Shown here: piece after piece, positions 50,901 to 61,427 of the stretch | Layout of the letters: every line of letters begins with the position of its first letter | Position numbering within the stretch: the stretch's first letter is position 1 | NCBI GenBank assembly: GCA_973895155.1 | Contig: OZ316897.1 | Span: 8,050,470-8,114,469 of the forward strand | Source: Marsupella aquatica | Taxonomy: Eukaryota > Plantae > Marchantiophyta | Length of the DNA: 64,000 bases | Reading direction: 5' to 3' | Notes under the pieces: model-generated | Databases searched by the model: none | What the model was told of the DNA's origin: nothing | Seen by the model: the letters and a program-made list of their open reading frames with translations, nothing else | Position numbers and translations under genes: made by a program

Positions 50901-53206
50901 CAAAAGTTATAATAGAAGGTTGAGCCAAAAAATGCAATGGTCTTCATTCAATTTTGACATGCTGTTTTTGAGTGATAGAAATGAGAACTTGAAAAATTGA
51001 AAGGAATAAACCAAAAGTGATTTGGTGTGGATGGCTTACCAAGCAAGAAGAAAAACCAGGAACCAATCATGACCCTTCATCAAAATATTGTTTTTTGGAC
51101 ACCATCAGATCTATCCATATACCCCATCCCTGACCCCATCTAAAATAAATCTCTACCCAAGTTGCCGTTTAGCCTGCTGTCACCTGCCTGAGGTTAAAAA
51201 ATTAATTAAATTCATTTACATTTATGTTCTTTAAATTTAAACACTTAGAAAAAAACCACAACATGGTTTTCTCACCCTTGGCATATTTTTACTCCTGGAC
51301 AATTTTTCCTCTCCTCTAGATCTTTTTTCATCTAGTTTGACATCTTTTCTCATCTCGATATCTTATCTTTTTCTCAGCTCGCCATCTTTTCTCTCCTTGA
51401 CTTCTTTTCCACACCTCTACATCTATTTCACTCATCGACATGTTTTTTTCATCTCGACATGTTTTTTTCCATCTCAACATCTTCTCTCACCTCAACATCT
51501 TTTGTGCAACACACAGACATCCAGGTAATTGTAGATAATTTTTGAAAACATCCAAACATTGAGGGATAGATAATGTAGAGGGAGATAATTTTTGGCTAGT
51601 TGTAGAGAATTTTTGCTCTAACCTGGCAGTTTCACTCAAGACTTGTTTTGGTTCCTTCTTCTGTATTGGCCTCTTGGTCTTGGTTTTTTGCCATTCTTTG
51701 AGTTTCCACTCATCATTTGAGTCTGGTATCTCCCCTTACTAGAGTAGCGATCTCCACGATTGCTAAGCACCAAGGTGAGGAAAGGACTTGATTGAGGACA
51801 ACTTAGGCAACCCTCCAAAGCAGAAGTGTCCAGTAAGCTGCCAATTGGAGGTGGCCCTTGACTGACCCATCTGAAAGCACTCGCACCAGTACACACCAAA
51901 CAAGCCTGTCATTAGGCTATGTAGCCTCATCAGGCAATATAGCCAGCTAATAAGGTGCTCACATATCCGGATCTTGAAGGGGGCTAACTTACAGTTCCCC
52001 ACTTGTCCCACAATTCACACTCACCAAAAATGGCCAGCTGCAATTCAAACTACAAGAAAAACTACCGAGTCAAGTGCACTTGCCAAGAGCAGCTGCAGAG
52101 ACGTTTGATCAAAAGTGAGATGGATGATTGCGGTCATTGATTGGTGTTGTTGGGCTTTGTCTTGCTAACTTGTGCAGTGGAGGACTGTCAGCCTAACCTG
52201 AAAACCCACAGAAGACTTATGGCAAGCTCTTTCAATCTTAAAAGGTTGATTTATCTCAATAGCACAAAGACAGCACAATGGAAACCCAAAAAGAACATTC
52301 TGCATATTTAAACTACAATCTTATGGTGAACATGAACACCATCCCTATTAATTTCTAAACAATATTTCTCACACTTTGAAATTGAAGATCCAATAGCTTG
52401 CGCCTCCCATGGCCATTGTTTGCCGTCCTCCGCCACCACCCCTCTTGCTAGCCATCGCTTGATTGCATTCAATAACATATATTGATCTTGGGAGGCAATT
52501 ACCAAAAATTGTAGGAACCACGTGCGATCCAAAATAACTATTTTTAATAAAAATAGATTAGGTTTTCAGAAAGCATAAGAGGTAAAATAAATTATTATAA
52601 ACTGAAACTTATAATCTATTCTCTAATTATACATGCACACTGTTTATCATAAGTAAAATATACCATTAATATTGAAAATAGAGAATATTTGAACAATATT
52701 TTTTTGAAACCTAGAAGTATTAAAATTAGAGTAGGGTTGGAATTACTATCCTAAAATATACTGAGTGACACTAAGTTTACCCTCCATGACGTTGATCTTT
52801 TGGATCTTGGCAAGGCCTTAGGTTTCTTGTCTCAATGCCATTTTGTAAATAAATGATGGAATAAAAAAGAATGGGATTGAATATTGTAGCTGTTGTTTAG
52901 ATATATTTCTTACGGAGTTAAGGTGAGGATTAGCTACAGTACTTGCCTTGGAAGATACTTTTTGTCATAAGTTTTCACAGTTAGAGATATGAATGTTAGA
53001 TTCTCTTATATAGCTAATAAGTCACTACTTTGCTTTATTAGAAAATTAAGAAAATTTATTTCTTGTATTGTATTGGAGAGCAATGAAAGTTTCATGGCCC
53101 GTTTCATGGTTGATAGAGAGAGAAAACCAAATCTGAGCATGAGTAGTGGAATACGTACCCACATTAAAGTAAGGGATCGTGGGCTTGAAAGGAATGACAA
53201 AGAGTT

Positions 53207-53372
53207 ATAGCACACTTTCATGTGAGGACCATTGTGCCTTGGGAGGTTAACTTAGTGTATATTTGGGGTACCAAGTGGACAGCTTGAATGACATAGAGTG
53301 ATAGCACTTTCATGAGTAAGGACCATTGCACCTTGGGGGTTAACTTAGTGTATATTGTGGGGTACCACGTGC
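53207..53372. repeat. Tandem duplication, about 93-bp period
   Basis: atagcac..tttcatg...aggaccattg..ccttggg.ggttaacttagtgtatatt..ggggtacca occurs twice. Confidence 0.85.
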
Positions 53373-53525
53373 ACAATTTCAGTGAAAACCCTATCAACTT
53401 ATTTGATAACTTTGGTACTCACAAAGTTGGTGACAAAGTAAGGTCCGTACTTACCACATGGCATAAGGTACAAAGTCAAAGCCATCACCAACTTTGAGAG
53501 TACTTAGGGCATTTCAAAAGGCAAA

Positions 53526-53795
53526 TTGATAACTTTGACTTTGTACTCTGGGGTAAAAGTAGTCAAGACGTCATGGTGATCCTGAGTATGGCATGAGGTC
53601 TTTCAGGTTCAAGGTCGCCAAGTCATCAAACTGGTTCAGTAATGTAATTGAAACCAACTGTAAACACTACAGAGACCATTTACACGCCACATTTTAGTCA
53701 AAAGTATAAACATTGTTATCTAAGTCAATTTAAATGTTCTGAGAAAGTCCATCCAAGCGTTGCTGGTCCATCTGGGCTTCGTAGACAAAGTGTGG
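53526..53795 (+). repeat. Dispersed repeat, copy 2 (homologue of 32985-33262)
   Basis: Same blocks as copy 1, in the opposite orientation. Confidence 0.85.
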
Positions 53796-54361
53796 GTCAG
53801 TCCATGCTTTAGTTTCATACATTGTGCTTTAAAAGTTTTGCCTCTAAAAGTGAAGACCTCTACTGGCTACACGAGCATCACAAGTTTTGTCCTCCTTATG
53901 CATTGTGGGTGCCTGAGAAGATCCTGTCTATATGGTCTGTATATATGGTCTACAGTTTTCAATTCCCCACTTCTCATAGACCCTATCCTGTTGATCGAGT
54001 TGCTACACTTCGAGGCTAGGCCAGAGATTAATTTCTACAGCTGACTTGCCAATTCTTTTGTCAAGATCAGTCCATCGTCTTGCCTGCTGGAGATTGACTG
54101 TTTTTGGGGATCGTTTTCTTGTCCTTCGTGCCTAGAATAGTTTACGACTGTAGTACTAAACAGGTCACGCAATTCTTTGAACAATGTCAACTTTATCATT
54201 GATGGGGCCAATTCCCAACACACTAGCTGAGGAGTCTACTTTGCAGCAGCGGTGAAGAAGGTACAGTGAGACCTCGGTAATGGGCCATCATTGCAATAAA
54301 TTAGGCAAATTGCAGGTACTGGTAAGTGCAACTGAACAAGGACTTCGCATTTATCAGAATC

Positions 54362-54820
54362 ATGATAAGTGCAATTCTTCCCTTCACTTGCACTTCTCAA
54401 TAGACTGCAACTTGAATGGGTCCAGTACTTACAAGGGCAATTTAAATGGTTACACTATTGGTAACTGGAATTCTCTAAGCAATTTTGACTTACTAATAAG
54501 TGCAATGTGAATGAACTTAATTTTGCACTTAGTGGGAATTTGCAATTTACATGGGGAAAGTTGACATGACCGATCCATCAGACCAATGTGATAAGTGCAA
54601 TTCGTGCATTCACTTGCACTTCTCAATAGACTGCAACTTGAATGGGTGCAATACCTACAAGGGCAATTTAATGGTTACACTAACTGGTAACTGGAATTCT
54701 CTAAGCAATTTTGATTTACTAATAAGTGCAATGTGAATGAACTTAATTTTGCACTTTAGTTAGTGGGAATTTGCAATTTACATGGGGAAAGTTGACATGA
54801 CCGATCCATCAGACCAATGT
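54362..54820. repeat. Near-identical tandem duplication, about 227-230 bp
   Basis: tgataagtgcaattc...ggggaaagttgacatgaccgatccatcagaccaatgtg occurs twice. This explains the duplicated peptides in ORFs 54280, 54551 and 54782. Confidence 0.93.
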
Positions 54821-55105
54821 GTCTCACTGTGTTCCATCTCATATCATCAATGCTACACAAATGTTCTTGCACTTTTCTGCAAACTCAGTTATCAAGGCTG
54901 CACTTATCAGGTCTCAAGTATGTTACCCGTATGTATTAAACAAGGCACACACAACTCTTCAATCTCAACTGTACCTTTGATGGGGGCTAATTCCACCCTG
55001 TCTGGGGAGAACACTCCATAGGAGGCTGCTGGTAAAATCACACATCAAAATGTGATAATATAAGATCTGCATTCATTGATTTAAAGGAAATAACTAGATT
55101 AAAGC

Positions 55106-55530
55106 TTATCATGGTATGGAGGGATGTCATATTTGATGTGTAGTTATTGAGACCCAGCATTATCATGGTATGGAGAGATGTTGTAAGCCATATACATCAC
55201 ATTTTGATGTGTAGTTAGTGAGACCCCAGCCCCAGCATTATTATGTTATGGAGGGAATGTTGTACATCTCCTATGTGTCATATTTTGATGTGTAGTTAGT
55301 GAGATCCCAGGTCTGGAAGGATGTTGTACACTGTAATATTTTGATGTGCAATTAGTGAGACCCCAGGTATGGAGGATATTGTAGTGTAATATTTGGATGT
55401 GCAATTAGTGAGACCCAGTTATGGAGGGATGTTGTAACACTGAAATATTTTGATGTGCAATTAGTGAGACCCAGGTATGGAGGGATGTTGTAACACTGAA
55501 ATATTTTGATGTGCAATTACTAACCCCAGC
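55106..55530. repeat. Degenerate tandem array, 7 units of about 52-78 bp
   Basis: Unit: tatggagggatgt-[variable]-attttgatgtg(t/c)a(g/a)ttagtgagacccag. Confidence 0.9.
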
Positions 55531-55650
55531 AGGAGCAGTGGAAACGTACAACGTTGAAATGATCAACCGGCCTTCTTGTTGGCTGACATGCAACCTGCCA
55601 TGTGTACAATGCTAATTATACGTATTGGCTATTTAAGCCTGTTTAGTGCT

Positions 55651-55970
55651 GCCCATACCCAAACATTCTGCTGCAGCATGATCTACCCCCTAGCTGATCA
55701 TGTGGCCCGAATCAAATCTTGTCTTGGATTTGACGCTACTAGAGCTCTTCAACTAATCTGACTAATGAATGACAAAGTTGGCTTTTTGGCAGCCATACAA
55801 AAGTCATTTTGCGATCTGGAAATGTGGACAAAAAACTTGGCCCATACCCAAACATTCTGCTGCAGTATGTTCTACCGACCTAGCTAATCATGTGAATAAA
55901 AAATCTTGTCTTGGATTTGACGCTACAGCTCTTCTACTTATCTGACTAATGAATGATGAATTTGGCTTTG
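55651..55970. repeat. Direct duplication of about 135 bp, period about 189 bp
   Basis: gcccatacccaaacattctgctgcag...aaatcttgtcttggatttgacgctac...tctgactaatgaatga at about 55651 and about 55840. Confidence 0.88.
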
Positions 55971-57379
55971 GGTTTGCATGAACCACCGGCCCTTGACGTA
56001 CATATCCTAAGGAACATGGATAGTTCTAGGAAATTGTACTAGCTTGAACTCTTCCGATCCTGAGAATATAACTGAAATGCTAAAAAAAAATTCTGATTGC
56101 TACAATTCTAACTGGACGGTGCACTTCAGGCGGATATGGCTTGGGTCCTCAGCTTCGTCAAACAGTAATTAACCAAATTTCACAGGCAGGTCAGAAGGTC
56201 ATGATCTATGTAGCTAATGGCTTTGGGTTTTTGGATTGGACCACCGGCCATGCGTGGACAAAAAGCAGGCAAGTCACGGATACTTCAAGGAAATTCTTGC
56301 TGCGCTTCACATTGCTGGGAATAGATTATCTAATAGAATTAATATCTGTACTCATCACCAGTTCATTGCTAGCATAAATTTACATGTCAATTGCAATTCA
56401 GTCGAATATGTCTTTGGGCCCTCGAATTCTGCTTGTAGTAGTAACCAAATTCACGGGTGTATTCACGTGTAGCCGAGCCTTCGGATAACTTCCATCTTTT
56501 CTTTCCCACATGAGGCATCCCACCGTCCTCTCTATGTCCGGCTTAATTGTTTTATTCCGATCCTGGTCGGACTAGTCTGAAGCTATCATCCAAGGTCATC
56601 ATCGTGTCAGGCCGCGATTCATGCTGGATCTGGAAGGTATAATGACATGTACATCTGGACAGCATGATCGACGAAAAAATCCCCCCAAGAGATCATCTCG
56701 AGACTAATGTCAGAGCGATCACACTCTCGACTTTGCTGAATGGACCTCGAAGGTCACATAAAGTCGCCCAGCACGAGTGGTTAAAGCTCCAGAACTCGAT
56801 GATCATTCAATCGATCCCCGAAACTTCAAAAACATTGTCACGAGTCTACTTGTCGGTGTAATCACAGTGCCACTAGGCTTTCATGAAATGCCGACTTCAT
56901 CCAGCTCAACCCATCGTTGATTTGTAGTACTGTTATATAGTTTCAACAGCTATATGCAGCCTCATTAGCGTAACTGCGCCTGTTCCCAAGTCTGCATACT
57001 CAGCTTAAAATATCGTAATAGAGAAGTTGAAAAAAAGGTGTCGACGAGCTTAGCAGTAAGTATAAAGAGTTCGAGGACGAGTTCCGTCAGCATCGGTTTG
57101 GAATTGTGAGCTGTTATTGTGAGCTGTTTATGTACACGTGCATACTAATTACACATGATCGTTACATCATTTTGGTCAGTTGGCTGCAGGAAGGTGAATT
57201 GAATGATCGGAGGAATGAAGAATGAAAAGATATAGTAAAGAAGCGGGAATATTGCATTTGAGCGAATGATCTCCAATATGTTGGCTGACCGTCATGTAGA
57301 TGAAGCGAATCGGGAGGGGGCTGTCGAATGTGCGAATTGTGGAAAACTAGTCGAGAGCCGAGTAGACTTGGGGCAGATC

Positions 57380-60300
57380 ATGGACAGGGATCATAGCTAC
57401 AGGAGTCGGACCGTCTGCCGACGTTCAAGTTCGGGTTATGGACTGTACGCCAAACGCTTTGACAGTTCGTTCAAACTGTCGAAGTTGCTCGTGATCGTCA
57501 TCCAATTACTCTACCTGTCCAGCTTTTGTCGCGGTGGTCTACTCGGTGGTGGATTCGATCCTACATGGGTGAAATCTGACGCAGGTATGTCGATCAGAAT
57601 CGGAACATTGCTGCAATTTACTTGCAATTACTAATTCCCACTTTTCTTGATGAACCGACTGATTATGAAAAGCTATATAATGTACAGGGGAAAGAAATCA
57701 TATAGAGTGCTAAGGAATTTCCATAAAATGGGTTCTGAATTAGATTGGTGCTTAGGTGTAGAGGCTTAGTTATAGAATGGCTGTAGATAACCTTTGGAGC
57801 CGGAGCTCCTGTATCAGTCAATTATATATGATGATGTAGTCTGAAAGTTGATTAAGCAAGACAACATTATTTACCATTTTTCAGAGAGAAAGTTTGACCG
57901 TATTGTAGAAGGGCTGTGGGAAACCTTTGGAGCCAGCAGTCTGAATGAATTTTTCAATTAATTATCGATATAGTCAAGCTGGTCCCGCACCGAAGTGGTA
58001 AAGAAACGTGACATTGAATCGAAGTCGATCAAAACCCGTACATTTTAAGCGTCTGGCCCAGAATCAAATGTTTTTTTGTTCTCAGCTGGTTGTCTTCAAT
58101 TATCAAATTAAATTATTTAAGTCAAGTCAACAATTGAATTGATGAGTTATGGAACTAGTGCCGGCAGGTATCTTTCAAGTTAGCTACCGGTGTTCAAACC
58201 AAGATGAATCATGACTCATTCTATCACACTCTCTTGATGACATAGCCACTTAGCTACTTCTCGTAACATTTGAATCTTATACATGGAGTCAAGATAACAA
58301 CTAGATAGTTACTCTCAAAGTCTTCATTTTTCCCAAGTAATTATTAACAGATTTAATAGTCAAAGAAGTGTTCCTACGATTCTTAGAACTCAAAAATTGT
58401 TCTGGTGCCTTTTGCAGAGTTGCTAGCCTCCAACTTCCTCACATTTTTTGCTGTTTGAAACGTTCAAATGACTTCATTCGTATGCCCATTTGAAACTGAC
58501 ATTGTCTATACAAACAGGAAGAGGCAAAGGAAGGTTGTTGTTCTCGAGTCTAGCATCGGTATCAAATTACTGCACGAAATCCTACACCGCAGTACAGGGC
58601 GAGACCTGTGCATCACTGCGCACTTCGTCAGGGCTGTCGCAAGAGCAGATTTTCGAAGTGAACCCGGGGCTCGACTGCAAGACGCTATCGAAGGGACAGA
58701 GCATTTGTGTGGAAGGAATTGCTGCCAACTGTGCGGCCACAATCTCTGTGAACAAAGGACCGACTAACACCACCTGCGCCAGCATTGCAGCAGGCAGGCT
58801 GTCTACGCAAGGATTCTTCGTCCTCAACCCCGGAATCAGCTGTCCAGAGGCATCGGGAAACAACAACTCGTGGCCCGCATCGCAACTGGTCTGTGTCTCT
58901 ACAGGTACGTACTAAACTGTTGGAACCATTTCGATGATTGATTTGTTCTCTTGGAAAGAAAGGACCAGCCCCCTTCGATGACTGATTGGGGAATGTCGAC
59001 GGAGTTTTGTCACAGATTTAGCCATAGACCACAAATCAATTGGTTTAATTTGCTCAATTGATGGACATCCATTGGAGATCATTAGGGCTTTCGGTCATGG
59101 AATTGCTGATGTCTGATAATTTCTCTCTTATGTTCACTGCCAGCATTATAGAGCTGTGAAGTGCGACGTCATCAGAATTATCGAAAACACCACAAACTGT
59201 CAATTCGTTAAACTTTGTGAATGGGATATTAATTGGAGAATTCTTAGAGATTTAGATCATGAATGTAATATTATCGATTGCTGATTCGTCTCTTATATAA
59301 TTCACTGCCCACCTACATGGAGCTGTGAAGTGCGACCTCTGACTCTCGAAAGACAATTGATGTGGTCTTTTTGTCTCATGGCTCATTTTGACCCAACTGA
59401 CTTCAAATTTCTTCATGAATTCTTCATCCATTTATTTCCAGGACTTGGCAGCCTCTTCACCGAGTACATAGGAGACTCAGGACTACCCATAACATTCGCA
59501 GAAGTGCAGCCTCTGTATCAAAAGTATTCATCCGTGATCACGCATCTCATTCTCGCTTTCGTCAACGACATTGACGCCAATGGCACCAGCACGAACGGCG
59601 TGTTCCATCCATATTGGAACTCAGCCCTCACTCCAGCGGCAGCGAAAGCATTCAAGGCAGCGAACCCTGACGTCCGACTGCTCATGAGCCTGGGTGGACC
59701 TTCTTCCAGCTGGAAGGACCCTGGAGCCAAAGCTACCGAGTGGATCGACACCGCGCAAGCGTCCCTCACCACCATAGCCACGGACTACTCGATTGACGGG
59801 ATCGACATCGCGTACGAGAGCTTCCCCCAGGGCAGCGCCAACTTTACTTACTGTGTGGGGACTCTGATCGCACAACTCAAAGGAAACAACACCATCGGAC
59901 TCGCAACCATGGCGCCGGCTGGGGCTGTGTTGTCGGAGTACACGAGCATAATGGACAGTTTCAGCAATCAGATTGACTATGTGAACTTCCAGTTTTACTC
60001 CTATCAGCTCCTCACTGTGGACAATTATATTGCAGAGTTCAACACTATTGCCTACTCATTCCCGCCATGGAAGCTGCTGGCCAGCACTCAGATCGGCGGA
60101 ACGAAATGCATTACCGGACCTTCGTTTTTGGAGGCCGTGGAAAAGATACAGCTCGCTAGAGGGCTTCCTGGAGTGATGATGTTTGATGTCGATCATTCCG
60201 TGGGTAATAATTTTCAGGACGAGAATCTCGTTTTGTCCCTTCTCAATGGGGAGCCGTATAACAACATCACAAACTCGACGACTCTTGGACCAACGCTCGC

Positions 60301-61427
60301 ACCATCGCCATCGCCGTCTTTCGGCCCCCCCAAGTCTCCAGTACCGAGCTCAGGTCCTGCTCAAGGTCCTCTTGCACCTGGATCCAGCAAAGCTCCCGCC
60401 CCCGGAGCAACCAATTCAAGCCAGGCTCCTGGACCTCTTGCACCTGGATCCAGCAAAGCTCCCGCCCCCGGAGCAACCAATTCAAGCCAGGCTCCTGGAC
60501 CTCTTGCACCTGGATCTAGCAAAGCTCCTGCTCTTGGTCCTGGGGCACCTCATTCAGGCTTAACGCCTGGTCTTGCTCCCGGTTCCAGTCTCGCTCCTGG
60601 ATCTGCTGCACCCGGATCTGGATCTGCTGCACCTGGGTCCAGCCCACCTGTTGGTTCTGCAGGATCACCGGGATCTAGCGCAGGCAACTTAGCTCCACAG
60701 ACACCGCCATCGAGCTCAGCGCCTAAACGTAAGTGTACTTCTTCTCCTCAGTCTCCTTCTTATATATAAGGAAGAGTCCCGTTCATTTATTTCCACCTTG
60801 AGTAGAGAACGTTTCCTGATCGAAATATCAAGATAACTTCTGGACTCATGAATGCACAGTACAAAGTAATGTCGCGCGGCAACAATTAGATGGTAGAAAA
60901 CTTCATGTACATTTCAGGAGATATTGTTAAAATCTAAAGTCAGAACCAGGCTCTGGGTGGAGACCCCTTTCGTTACAGACCTATGATTGGACCTGTAGCT
61001 GTGAAGTCTCTGAAAAAAGGGAATTAATGAATCCTTTATAATTGCGCTAACTGGCCCTAGGTTTTATTCATGAAAATTCTAAGAACAATCTCAGATTGAC
61101 CAGTCTAATAATTGGTCCTCCTGGATTTGGACGGCTAGGTCCCACTTTAAAATTCCAAATTATATCCCACCCTGTTCTTGGAATGTACATGTAGGCTTCG
61201 AATTCTAGATATTGAAGAGGCAGCAGATAATGCCAGCTTGAGCTTCAGAAGAAAGGCAGTATTGGTTCTACTGTACTTTCAAAGTCATTTTCCTCATCAG
61301 CTAGCTAACATTTGTATGAATTGTCTGGATAATGTTTCACTTCTCAGGTTTTCGAAGGACCAGAGCATGGTCTTCCCAAGGGTTCGGCCTTGTTACCGCA
61401 ATATTGGTTCTACTGCTCTCTTGGTAG
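57380..61427 (+). CDS. Chimeric 2xLysM / GH18 (class IIIb, narbonin-like) chitinase-like protein with Pro/Ala/Ser/Gly stalk and GPI-like C-terminus, about 652 aa
   Basis: Exons 57380-57584, 58518-58904, 59442-60728, 61348-61427, with three phase-1 GT-AG introns (1959 nt, open). Hydrophobic segment LLVIVIQLLYLSSFC. LysM1: CTKSYTAVQGETC..NPGLDCKTLSKGQSICV. LysM2: C..TCASIA..LNPGISC..LVCV. GH18-IIIb motifs LFTEYIG, HLILAF, MSLGG, DGIDIAYE, IDYVNFQFY. Tail SSSAPKRFRRTRAWSSQGFGLVTAILVLLLSW*. Start codon uncertain (in-frame ATGs also at 57266 and 57278). Confidence 0.88.
60365..60532 (+). repeat. Coding tandem repeat, 66 nt / 22 aa, about 2.5 copies
   Basis: GPLAPGSSKAPAPGATNSSQAP is repeated almost identically at the DNA level. 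Confidence 0.93.

Noticed and set aside
51175-51635. AT-rich segment with weak inverted ends as a MITE
   Set aside because: The terminal match needs gaps and there is no TSD, so support is insufficient.
55106-55530. CRISPR-like repeat/spacer array
   Set aside because: The variable parts are short and related to each other, the repeats are degenerate, there are no cas genes, and the context is eukaryotic. It is a minisatellite.
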